NCBI RefSeq assembly: GCF_001194135.2
Contig: NC_068983.1
Location: 163,305,220-163,357,990 of the forward strand
Source: Octopus bimaculoides
Lineage: Eukaryota
Length of the DNA stretch: 52,771 nucleotides
Direction of reading: 5' to 3'
Part shown: positions 1-10,732 of the stretch, one piece after another
Position numbering within the stretch: the first letter of the stretch is position 1
How the letters are laid out: every line of letters begins with the position of its first letter
Made by a program: the position numbers and the translations under genes
The notes under the pieces: model-generated
Told to the model about the DNA's origin: nothing
The model's database searches: none
The model's input: the letters and a program-made list of their open reading frames with translations, nothing else

Positions 1-136
1 TTTTCTTAAATATATGTTTTACCTGTGAATTTGCGTGTGTAAATTGGGAATGCATACAACGAGTTTCTCTGCCCTAGCTGTACGGAAAACACTCGGCGAG
101 AAATGGAAGAAAATTTGAAAAAAGAAGAAAAAAAAC
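1..136 (+). mobile_element. Unclassified interspersed repeat G, copy 1 (cut by the window edge), ending in an (AAT)n tract
   Basis: Its reverse complement aligns by eye with 8235-8375 (aaattttcttccatttctcgccgagtgttttccg...gcattccca..ttacacacgcaaattcacag). Confidence 0.8.
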
Positions 137-182
<46 letters not shown>

Positions 183-201
183 TAATAATAATAATGATAA
201 T
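137..201 (+). repeat. (AAT)n microsatellite, 5' flank of the Dong-like element
   Basis: Direct reading. Confidence 0.97.
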
Positions 202-2112
202 ACAAGCATCCCCAATCAGAGGTACATTGATCGATGTAAGCTCAAAGGTGAAACCGAATAGATAGATACGGTCCTTGGGCTATTCCAGATGAGAAATGTA
301 ACTGTAACTAACAAGATCATTTGGGCTGCAGCTATGGTTGCTTTAGATAGAGTTGGATACAAAAGAAGAGAACAAACAAAACGCAAAGAACCATTCTGGC
401 GTAGTCGAATTTGTGAGAAACAAAGTTAAAAAGACATTTAGGGCAAGTTGATAGATTGAGAAGAGGGGAATTGCAGAATGAAAGGATAAGAATAATGCCG
501 GAAAGAACATATAGGAATAAGAGATAATGGGTATGATGTGATATTGGATGAATTGAAACAAAGAGTAGTAGCAATCAAGGCAAAACTGGAAGTTACGACA
601 ATAGAAAAAGACAGTTCAGGCAAAACAGATTGTTTGAAGCAAATCAGAAGAAACTGTTTCAGGAACTAGGTGGGCAAATACACGTAACAATGGTACCAGA
701 TGTAGAGGGAAGAAGGACATTCGGGCGAGCGATCAGCATAATAATGAAGCGGAGTGGCTGCATGAAATCCAACATAGATTAAGAAATATAGAAGGCCAGG
801 ACGACAAAGATAAGTACAGAAATTGATTAAAAAAAAAAAGCAGTTTAAAAAATTCCCAAATTGGAAGAGCCCAGGACCGGATGGAGTTCAAGATTGTTGG
901 ATGAAGAAGCTGAAAGGACTCCATGAAAGGATAGCGCAATAGCTAGATGAGTGCTTGCAGAAAGGCGTAGTACCCAGATGGATGACAAGGAGAAAGACAT
1001 TGTTGTGTGCCAAAGATCCCGAAAAGGGAATGCTGCATCCAGCTTTAGACCAGTAACATGTCCTCTGCTAATGTGGAAACTAATGTCAGGTGTGTTGGCC
1101 AGTGAACTGTATAGATACCTGGAAAACAGTGGGATGCTACCTACTGAACAGAAAAGATGCCGAAAGAGAAGTCAGGGAACGAAGAATCAGCTCCTAATTG
1201 ATAATCTAATTATCAAGAACTGCAAGAGAAGACACAAAAGCCTGAACATGGCATAGGTTGACTATCGTAAAGCATCCGATATGATACCATACTCCTGGAT
1301 AATAAGAACAATGGAAATGTATGGAGTAGCAGAAAATATGAGCAGCTTTATATGGAATAGCATGAAATGCTGGAGAACTGAATTGACAGCAGGGAAGCAA
1401 GTATTAGGAGGGATGAAAATTAAGAGAGAAATCTCCCAGGGGGACAGTGTGTCCCCACTGATCTTCCTGCTGGGAATGATACCCTTGAATGAAATACAAC
1501 AGAAGACAAAGTTGGGGTATGATCTGGGCAGAGGTAAGGGAAAACTAAACCACTTGCTATTCATGGACGACCTGAAGCTATTCACAAAAACTGAGGCAGA
1601 ACTGGACTGTCTAGTCCAGTTTGTGTGGATTTTCTCCAATGAGATTTTCTCCAATGAGATTTTCTCCAATGAGATTTTCTCCAATGAGATTTTCTCCAAT
1701 GAGATTTTCTCCAATGAGATTTTCTCCAATGAGATTTTCTCCAATGAGATTTTCTCCAATGAGATTTTCTCCAATGAGTTATAAATACCTGGGAATACTT
1801 TAGGCAAATGGAATCGAACACAATGACATGAAGGGAAAGACAAAAAGAGAGTACCTGCGACGAGTGAGAAAAAAATTGTCTTCTAAGCTGAACGCCAGAA
1901 ATATAATTTCGGCATCAAGTGGAATATAAAGGAAATTAGAATAGAGTCCGCAATAGAATTGTCGCAAAAGGTTTGCCTTCTTGGCATGACCAGAATAATC
2001 AGGAAAGTATTAGATTGCTGAAAAGAACGAATAGTATGGTACCGTAGGGCGCAGGTAATGAGCCCGCTACGCACGCAAGACTCCAGGAGCTCCAACAAAA
2101 CCTGTGATAAAA
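202..2112 (+). mobile_element. Degenerate R4/Dong-clade non-LTR retrotransposon: 5'-truncated, internally deleted, RT pseudogene
   Basis: Frameshifted translation gives [109 protein letters not shown], then jumps to the family C-terminus QKVCLLGMTRIIRKVL*, a short 3' UTR and an (AAT)n tail. The zinc knuckle/REL segment is missing. Confidence 0.9.
1628..1778 (+). repeat. Perfect 15-bp tandem repeat (GATTTTCTCCAATGA) x10 inside the RT pseudogene
   Basis: 150 bp from 1628 to 1777 equals 10 identical units; it translates as FSNEI repeats. Confidence 0.97.
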
Positions 2113-2115
2113 AGA

Positions 2116-2147
<32 letters not shown>

Positions 2148-2180
2148 TAAAATAATAATGAGAATTATAATAATAATAAT
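2113..2180 (+). repeat. (AAT)n tail/flank
   Basis: Direct reading. Confidence 0.9.
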
Positions 2181-2283
2181 TGTTTGAAATTTTGCCACAA
2201 GGGCAGTAGTCATTTTTGGGAAGAGCAGTAGTCGATTACATCGACCCAGTGGTTCACTGGTACTTAATTTATCGACTCCGAAA
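2181..2283 (-). mobile_element. SINE family A, 3' fragment
   Basis: gtcgattacatcgaccc...ctggtacttaatttatcgac matches the minus-strand family A copy at 33721-33940. Confidence 0.75.
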
Positions 2284-2295
2284 GTATAATAATAA

Positions 2296-2512
2296 TAATC
2301 CTTTCAATTATAGGCACAAAGCCTGAAATTTAGGGGAGGGGTATAGTCTACTACGTCGACCCCAGTACTCAAATGGTACTTAATTTATCAACTTCGAAAG
2401 AGTGAAAGGCGAAATCGATCTCAGCAGAATTTGAACCTAGAACCTAGCGGCAGACGAAATGCCGCTAAGCATTTCACCCGGTGTGCTACCGATTCTGCCA
2501 GCTCACCGCCTT
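2296..2512 (-). mobile_element. SINE family A, near full length
   Basis: Reverse complement has a tRNA-like A box (gctggcagaatcggtagc), a B box (ggttcaaattc), the central cctttcactctttcgaag motif and an (ATT)n tail. Confidence 0.9.
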
Positions 2513-2575
2513 AATGATGATAATAATATTAATGACGACCACGACGACGACGACGACGACAACAACAACAACAGC

Positions 2576-2620
<45 letters not shown>

Positions 2621-2636
2621 AATAATAATAATAATA
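2513..2636 (+). repeat. Compound trinucleotide microsatellite AAT/GAC/AAC/AAT
   Basis: Direct reading. Confidence 0.95.
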
Positions 2637-3065
2637 CCAGGCAGTGGCTCTCATGGTTTTTGATCTTTACTGATTGAAAATGTTATCATGTACGTGTTTT
2701 GTCTTGGTACAAATGATTGGCTACAACAAATATTCTGCTCCATACCATAGATTTGCTTGTCAATTGCTTGACCTTAACCAGTTGAGCAGGTCCCTTAGTG
2801 GTTGATGGTAAGTGCATCTCTTATCAGGAGCTTAAGTAATGGGGGTGCATGCTAGCATCTTTGAAGTTTGAATAAATCACCCTGGAAACATGGGTGTTTC
2901 GTTCATCGTCCTCAAACGAAACTTATGCAGGGTCTTTTTGAGTAGGATCGTCTGCTCGATCTGAAGACAATTCTGAGCCTCACCTACAAGGTTATCCGTT
3001 GTTTATCTTGATATAATATCACTATGGATGACTGTGATGCATGTGCCTGGTGTACCCTTATCAGA
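2635..3065. mobile_element. Unclassified interspersed repeat E, copy 1 (longest)
   Basis: Inverted homolog of 7845-8225 and 10364-10585 (gtcccttagtgg, aaatattctgctc, ggaaacatgggtgtttcgttcatc). Confidence 0.8.
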
Positions 3066-3119
3066 ACCCTACGAACTGATGTTTGTCTGAATTTCTCTTA
3101 CATATGAATATGTATATGA

Positions 3120-3515
3120 AAGTGCGTGACCGAATAATTACGGTGTTTCACTACTGATGGCTAGATCGTGAGTTCTATTCCCAGGCCGGGTGGTTTGTTC
3201 TGTTCTGGGGCGGAAAACTTCTTTTCACGTTGTTCTAGTGAGTGGCAGAGTGACAGAATGGTTGGTGCATCAGTAGAAGTGCTTTCCAGCATATCTTACG
3301 GCTTTCTACATTTTGAGTTCAAATCCTACCTGCTTGGAGAAGGCAACGGGAAACCTCTCCAGTATTCATCCCAGGTCGTCATGGATGGCCCTAGTACTGA
3401 CGGTGGCAGAGGAAGGTATACGACTTCCTAGGTAGTGTAAAGAATTCTGAAGAAGGTTCATATGTACATGAACTGGTCAGGGGCAGATCACTGTTGGACT
3501 AGACTTAATGTTTTC
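3120..3515 (+). mobile_element. Composite SINE remnant: tRNA-like head, family A-like head and RTE/Bov-A-like segment
   Basis: gagttctattccc B-box-like motif; gagtggcagagtgacagaat...ttgagttcaaatcc (family A head); ggagaaggcaacgggaaacctctccagtattc at 3336-3367. Confidence 0.55.
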
Positions 3516-3563
3516 GTATATTTGTCTCTTATCCATTTGAGTTAAATGGAATAATTGACAGTA

Positions 3564-4080
3564 TAGGCGCAGGGGTGGCTGTGTGGTAAGTAGCTTGCTT
3601 AACAACTACATGGTTCCGAGTTCAGTTCCACTGCGTGGCACCTTGGGCAAGTGTCTTCTACTATAGTATCGGGCCAACCAAAGTCTTGTGAGTGGATTTG
3701 GTAGACGGAAAGGGAAAGAAGCCCGTCGTATATATATATATATATATATATNNNNNNNNNNNNNNNNNNNNNNNNNNNNNNNNNNNNNNNNNNNNNNNNN
3801 NNNNNNNNNNNNNNNNNNNNNNNNNNNNNNNNNNNNNNNNNNNNNNNNNNNNNNNNNNNNNNNNNNNNNNNNNNNNNNNNNNNNNNNNNNNNNNNNNNNN
3901 NNNNNNNNNNNNNNNNNNNNNNNNNNNNNNNNNNNNNNNNNNNNNNNNNNNNNNNNNNNNNNNNNNNNNNNNNNNNNNNNNNNNNNNNNNNNNNNNNNNN
4001 NNNNNNNNNNNNNNNNNNNNNNNNNNNNNNNNNNNNNNNNNNNNNNNNNNNNNNNNNNNACTGAAACAAGTAAAAGAGTA
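3564..4080 (+). mobile_element. SINE family B (tRNA-like head, CORE-like accttgggcaag, internal microsatellite or gap, 3' tail)
   Basis: A box gtggctgtgtggtaag, B box gagttcagttcc, then (TA)n, a gap, and the tail actgaaacaagtaaaagag shared with other copies. Confidence 0.85.
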
Positions 4081-4489
4081 TCCAACCAGAAACGGGAAGC
4101 ATGTTTGAATAAATGAGGCGTTTCGAACGCCAAGGAAATACTTTAATGAACTCAGTTTATAATCTATAATTTGTAAGTTGTAGCAGCGAGTGTTGCCGCT
4201 CATTTCCTCGCCAACGTCATCGAGGTTATTACTGCGGAGCGTGGATGAGTACATCATTTGTTGTGGAGTGTTTGTCCCATTGCTCCCTACTCCTCCATCT
4301 TCTGCTGTTTTCCTGCCTTTTGCCTCTTTTCTGTTTTTCTTTCCACATTTCTTTGTATTTAAATGTTACAACTTTATAAAGGAAAAGTTTAATGGTTTCG
4401 AAAATAATTTATTAATTTTTATCGCAGAAAAGATGTTATATTCTGTATTTTCATAGAGCAGATAAACAATAAACAACAATAAACAATAC

Positions 4490-5000
4490 CCATTGCAAAG
4501 AAAACGTTATTCTGCCTTCACTGGCAGGCGAATGCAGTACCATAGTCATTGAGTCTATGCAAAACCGTATTAAACCTATTGATTCACCTCTCCTGACTCT
4601 GATATCCTTGGCTGAGAAGAGAAAAATCTTAATAGCCGAAGGTGTTCTTGATAATCTTTATCAGTTATTTGTAGATAAAACAAGGAATTGATTCGGTGCA
4701 TCTTTCAACCAATCGCAGTACCATAACCGAATGTTCTGTACACTTTACCAATACCAGTGAAAGCCAACAAATTCTGTTTTCTCGACCTGCTGAATAAAAC
4801 AGCCAAATTTTGAGTCAATGAGAGAAAAATCTACGAGGTCCTTTGAAATACTGCAAATGGCAGCTAAATCTCTCTCAGATCCCAGCATTTCATCTTTGGA
4901 CGTTGTATCCCTTGATTAAGCAATGGGTTGGAATGCATCTGAACACTGGTGTGTTCAGTTGTTTCTCACACTGAGCTTCACAACTGCAATGGTACAATCT
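4490..5000 (+). pseudogene. Possible very degenerate hAT (Charlie/Buster-like) transposase fragment
   Basis: ENVILPSL..STIVIESMQNRIKPI resembles the ENLILP..IV..M...IK.IPLS motif; a downstream SCFSH*ASQL resembles HC..HR.AL. Many stops. Confidence 0.35.
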
Positions 5001-5394
5001 AGCTAAGCTGAGGTTTTGAAAGTATATAAAAATTTATCCAAAACTGATTTTATCAAAGTAATTTCTCTTTCCACGAGATGGAGCAGTGATTGCTTATGCA
5101 TGTATAATTATGTTCTCTTCTATTTTTAATTATTTGGAATCTTGCTGTGAGGAAGGACCTGCTTTCTAACAGTATACAATACTCCATCGCTGGAATGTAG
5201 ATAACAAGAACTTGAGAAAGGTTTGCATACTTTTACTGCTCCACTTACAGATTATATTTGTAATATGTGTGTGTTAGCTGGTTGATTTCGTTTTCTGAAA
5301 AGCTTAGCTTTTCCAGATTTTCATTTAGGCATCTACTTACAAAACTATGCGCAGCAGTTGTTATTAGTGCTTATGCATAACGTGATAACGTACA

Positions 5395-5416
5395 CCACAC
5401 ACAGACACACACACAG

Positions 5417-5492
<76 letters not shown>

Positions 5493-5495
5493 AGG
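5395..5495. repeat. (CA)n microsatellite
   Basis: Direct reading. Confidence 0.97.
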
Positions 5496-5766
5496 AGCAC
5501 GTACTTGAAATCTTGAACAGTTGCAAGATTTTCGATAGAGAGGCAATGTTGAGCTACGTCAAAGAAAAAATATGACCCATGATTCCTTTCATTGATTGCA
5601 AACAGCCAAACAAGAGTGGCTACCTAAAAATCTAGTATGAATATATGATCTTGGCTTAGGAAATACGGATGCACAGAAATACCATAATCATAAACACATA
5701 CACCATACACAAATATTTACCACATTGTCTATTTGTATGTCTGTACTTCCTTTTCAGACACACACA

Positions 5767-5798
<32 letters not shown>

Positions 5799-6099
5799 GA
5801 CCAAGAAATAAAAAGAGAAAAAGCAAAAGGGTTATATTAATTCTGGATTGTGTTTTTAGTTTCGGGTATATGCTTCCGAGGGTAGAACTTCATAAACAGA
5901 GATTCTTTTATAGAAACGAGTCAATAGGATATTGTGACAACATGATTTATTGTCTGCAGGGAGATCTTCATTGCAAAACCTGTCTTCTTATATTTTATTT
6001 AGAGTGATCCTCTACATATAGTTGAAATCTTTTATTGAATATACACACGCACATATCTATATATATATATGCATATATTCACACAGACGTACTTATTAC

Positions 6100-6101
6100 A
6101 C

Positions 6102-6169
<68 letters not shown>

Positions 6170-6197
6170 CTATATATATATACATATATATATATAA
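6100..6197. repeat. (TATC)n/(TA)n microsatellite
   Basis: Direct reading. Confidence 0.95.
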
Positions 6198-6564
6198 GTG
6201 TGTATGTTGATACATTTAGATTTGTTTATTGAGTATGTGTGCGAATTAATCTTAAGTAATAAAAGAAGGCTTGTATTGATTTCATTATCCATATCTTTCT
6301 TCCGAATTTCTATGTATGTTTATGACTTCGTCAGGCTTTGACGAGAGCGTACCCCTGTATGTGCAGTTGCGATTCAGTAGTTCTCTGTGTGTGTGTGTAT
6401 ATATATCCATTAACATTTTTCCATTTATGAATTCTGTCCGTGTGTATGCGTATACGTGTGTATATACGTATAAAACATTAAAATATGTGAAAGTTAAGGG
6501 AGAAGGTACATGATTTCAATCAAAATGAATATTGTATAAACACAGCAACACACTCATAGCCACC

Positions 6565-6630
<66 letters not shown>

Positions 6631-7504
6631 TTATGTATGCATTTACATATTTGTATGTAGGTATATAAAAGACATAAATTCTTATACAGGTAATGTTATT
6701 GATAAATAAAATTTAAATTTTTGTAATGCATACAGCCACAAACATTTATATATGAACATACACACACATACACGAACTCATATGCATACACACGCAAATA
6801 CTGTGTGCATATATGTAATACATATTCAAACTGATTGAAGAATTTTGCGAGCGAAAAATATACAAGAATAATCGAAATCATATTAAAATCCATTTTCACC
6901 CTTTGTTCTTGAAACTGTTCTTTGTTATATTCTTAGAAAGAAAATCTATTTCAGAGAACTATATTAATGGTAAAGCAAGAATTTCTTCATAGATTTCAAT
7001 CTAGATTTATCCTGAAGTGAATTAAATTGTATATTTTTATAAACAAGTGTTAAATCCGAAATCAATCATAAACCGTGAACGTATATGCGACCATACACAC
7101 AACTTACTGGCAAACATCCTTTATATAATTGCGCTGTGCATTTCATATATATACATATATCGATATACATACATACATACGTACATACACACACACGCAC
7201 ACACACATATATATATATACATATATATATATGTATTTTTGCGTTTGTGTATGTGTACGTATGTATTTATGTTTGCATGAATGTATTTGTGCGTGTGCAA
7301 ACTTTATAACTTTTAATCGGCAGGAAGTTACAAAAGTAACTCAAAGACCATGAGTTTTCTGCGCATCACCGACTGACAGGTTTGGTAAGTGCCATCGACG
7401 AAATCTATGGCAGTAGTTGTGTCAAAGTGAAATGTTTTCTGTCGATTAAAATGAAAAACAAAAACTGTGCTGGAACGACAGATTTCAACCACACTGAAAC
7501 AGGC

Positions 7505-7517
7505 AGAGAGAGAGAGG

Positions 7518-7558
<41 letters not shown>

Positions 7559-7632
7559 AGAGAGAGCGAGAGAGAGAGAGTGAGAGAGAGATAGATAGAG
7601 ATAGTTAGATAGAGAGAGAGAGAGAGAAAGAG
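7505..7632. repeat. (GA)n/(GATA)n microsatellite
   Basis: Direct reading. Confidence 0.95.
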
Positions 7633-7844
7633 AGCGATAGTAGTGCAGATAAATAAATAAGAGTGCTTGTGCTTGATATACAAACTATACATGCCATATT
7701 TTCATGTAAATACGTAGAAGCAAAGAGTGAAAATATTCGGACGAACGTCCATGTATAAGCTTAGAGATGTTTATATATTTACAGAACAGATTTACTGGGA
7801 GTAAGAATAAATTACAGAAGACTAAGGGGAGAGAGCAACTACAA

Positions 7845-8225
7845 TTAGAATTTTCTTCAGGTTGAGTGGCCCATCCCGCACAAAGGGTCGCTGAATAAGG
7901 CTTTGTTTAACGATGATGAACGAAACACCCGTGTTTCCAGAGGTGAATTATTCAAATCCCAAAGATTTCCTCTCAACATATGGTTATGATGCTCACCCAC
8001 CACTTCTGTCCGTGACCAGCGTTGCACATATCGTCAGCCACTGAGGGACATGCTCAGCTGGATAAGGTCAAACGACTGACCAGCCAATCTGCGGTATTGA
8101 GCAGAATATTCACCGCAGCCCATCTTTTATAACAAGACAATCAATGTACATGACGACACTTCCAATTAGTTAAGATCAAATCCCATGAGAGCCATGGCCT
8201 AGTACTGCCCCAGGGCATTATTATT
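7845..8225. mobile_element. Repeat E, copy 2
   Basis: Inverted homolog of 2635-2970; abuts (ATT)n at 8217-8227. Confidence 0.8.
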
Positions 8226-8227
8226 AT

Positions 8228-8447
8228 CATGTTGCTTTTTTTTCTTCTTTCCTCAAATTTTCTTCCATTTCTCGCCGAGTGTTTTCCGTGCACCTAGGGC
8301 AGAGAAGCTCATTGTATGCATTCCCAGTTTACACACGCAAATTCACAGATTAAATATGTATTTAAAAAAAATTAATAAGTAAATTCATGAATGGATGTTG
8401 TTTTCACAGCCATAATGCTTTTCTCAGTACATGATTTGTTCACAGCC
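8228..8447 (-). mobile_element. Repeat G, copy 2, flanked on both sides by (ATT)n
   Basis: Homology to 1-136; ttattattat at 8217-8227 and about 8447-8467. Confidence 0.8.
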
Positions 8448-8467
8448 TTATTATTATTATTATTATT

Positions 8468-8696
8468 GAGGCGGAAGAGTCGTTAGCACGCTGGGCGAAA
8501 TGCTTGGCGGTATTCTGTCTATCTTTACGTTCTGAGTTCAAATTCCGCCCAGGTCGACTTTGCTTTTCATCCTTTCGGGGTCGATGAAACAAGTACTAGT
8601 TACGCACCGGGGTCGATGTAATCGACTTTACCCCTTCCCTCAAATATGAGGCCTTGCGCTTCCAGTCGAAAGGATTATTATCATTATTATTATTAC
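8468..8696 (+). mobile_element. SINE family A with (ATT)n tail
   Basis: gtcgttagcacgctgggcgaaatgctt...ctgagttcaaattccgcc..ggtcgactttgcttttcatcctttcggggtcgat. Confidence 0.9.
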
Positions 8697-8699
8697 CAT

Positions 8700-9850
8700 T
8701 CAAATTTTGATACTTTCAAGTAAATCTCTTCTGCGTCACCTGCTACAGCTCCATGTTGTTGGGTGGGTGTGTGTGTGCAGCCTTATATGTTCTTTCTTGT
8801 ATTAGTGTTTGTGTTGTGTATGTAATGTGAGTCGTGTACTTTTGTTGAGCATCCGGCCTGTAGGGTACATGTTGTGGTTGTTTATTTCATTGGTCATTTA
8901 CTACATAGAGTGTATCTTGTATTATTGGATTGTTTTGATTAGGTTGTATTATTGGATAATTAGTGTCTTGCGTAATTGGATAATTAGTGTCTTGGCTGTT
9001 CCCTGCAGGTCTATTTTTCGGATAGTGTATAGTGTTGAGGATCCAGGTTTAGCTTCTGCGCCTTCGTTCATGTATATTTCTATCATACCCAATGCTCCAG
9101 TTATTACTGGTATTGCTTTCACATTCATGCCCCACATCTTGAATACTTCAATTTCGAGGTTTTTGTACTTTGACAATTTCTCCATTTCTTTTTAGGCAAT
9201 GTCTATCAGTAAGCAAGTGTTTTTATTATCTAATCCTTGATTATTATGTCTGGGAGACTATCTTTTATTTCTTTTGTATCCCAGATGACTGAGGCATGGT
9301 CATTGTCATGTAACTTGTTTGGCACATGTTTATACTATTTCTTGTCAGTTTTTAAGTTGCAGTGTTGGCATCCAGTGGATATAACTTTTTACTCGGTCAT
9401 GTCTGTATATATATATTCAAATTTGGCAAGGACTAGTCGTCAGCCAGAGATGATACGGTCAACTGTCACATTATGCTGGTTGCTCATTCTGCATTTGGTG
9501 TTTGGGCTTGTTTTCATTATTTTGATTTCATCGTTGTTTATGGTCAGGTGTTATTCTTCTGCGGCGAGAATCAGTCTTTCCGTTTTTGCTTTTAGTCAAG
9601 AGCTTTTGAGCTATTGTTGGCTTTTACTTCGGCTTACATCTTTTTCTGTCCAGCCTTGCAGGATATTGACCATGGAGTGATTTTTCTCTCCGTTTCTTCT
9701 TTAGTATGTTTTGTAGTTCTGTTTTCTAGTGACTTTTGATCTGTTTGACCATTTCTGCTGTGTGTCACTTGAGATCAGTTGAGAAGAGTAGTTTATTTCT
9801 GTTTCCTTTTTTCCTGTTGCTATTTTAAATGTAGTAGTCTTCCACTTTTT
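8700..9850 (-). mobile_element. R4/Dong-clade LINE 3' fragment A (zinc knuckle remnant, REL endonuclease, 3' UTR)
   Basis: Minus-strand translation: SLHGQYP, LKAKTERLILAAE, KCRM..NVTVDRIISG..LAKFEYIYRHDRV..YIHW, PDIIIKD, EKLSKYKNLEIEVFKMWGMNVKAIPVITGALG, LQGTAKTL. Confidence 0.88.
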
Positions 9851-9859
9851 GTTCCTAAG

Positions 9860-10365
9860 CCTTATAGTTACTTTTGCATATACGTTTAACAGATTAGACT
9901 AGTGGAAAAGAATAACCCCACTAAGTATCCTAGCTGTTCCTGATAACACTGTTTTCTGGAACTGTACTAAACTAGGTTTTATACCTATTTCCTATATCCA
10001 TGTCATAAAATCTTTAGGGAACCTATAACTACAGGGATACATTTTACCCGCATAGTCTCTGTAACCCAATGGCTTGATGTTGGTACTTTACTATTTCTTC
10101 TATACCTCTCATATTGATTTCTTCTTCATTTGAGAGTGTAAAGTCAATTATCTGGCACTTTCTTTTCTTTTTTATCTACTAATACCAAATCAGGTCTTCT
10201 AGCTTCTATTACTCTATCCGTCTAAGCGTTCAAGTCCCATAACATTTCATATTTATGACCTTCTAGTATTTGACTAGGCTCACGTTCTTACCGTTTATTA
10301 GTATGGTCAAATCCTAACTTCATACATAACTCCTAGTAAATTACTCTCCCTAGGTTGTTATGATC
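9860..10365 (-). mobile_element. R4/Dong-clade LINE 3' fragment B (REL endonuclease C-terminus)
   Basis: Minus-strand translation: HNNLGRVIY, EMLWDLN..TDRVIEARRPDLVLVDKKEKK, IIDFT, KYQ, CIPVVIGSL, QKTVLSGTARIL. Confidence 0.85.
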
Positions 10366-10585
10366 TTGCAGGTGGGGTCCAGTTAGAAATTTCTTTAGTT
10401 CCACAAGCCCATCCCACTCAAAAGATTCTTGAATAAGGGCTGTTTAAGGATGTTGTTTCCAGACGTAAATTATTCAAGCTCCCAAAGAATTCCTCTCAAC
10501 ATATGGCTAGGATGATCCCCAACTATTCCTGCGCATGACCAGAGACGCGTATATCATTAGCCACTAAGGGACATGTTCAATTGAT
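10364..10585. mobile_element. Repeat E, copy 3 (partial), fused to Dong fragment B
   Basis: gcccatcccactcaaaag...gaattcctctcaacatatgg...gccactaagggacatg aligns with 7870-8060. Confidence 0.75.
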
Positions 10586-10603
10586 TAAAGTTGTTGTTAC
10601 GTA

Positions 10604-10732
10604 TTCTTCTTCTTCTTCTTCTTCTTCTTCTTCTTCTTCTTCTTCTTCTTCTTCTTCTTCTTCTTCTTCTTCTTCTTCTTCTTCTTCTTCTTCTTCTTCT
10701 TCTTCTTCTTCTTCTTGTTATTATTATTTTAT
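10604..10732. repeat. (TTC)n then (TTA)n microsatellite before a gap
   Basis: Direct reading. Confidence 0.97.

Noticed and set aside
1628-1778. CRISPR-like array
   Set aside because: Contiguous tandem units without spacers, in eukaryotic DNA.
1262-1843. 193-aa minus-strand ORF with LEKIS repeats
   Set aside because: It is antisense to the Dong RT and kept open by the 15-mer array.
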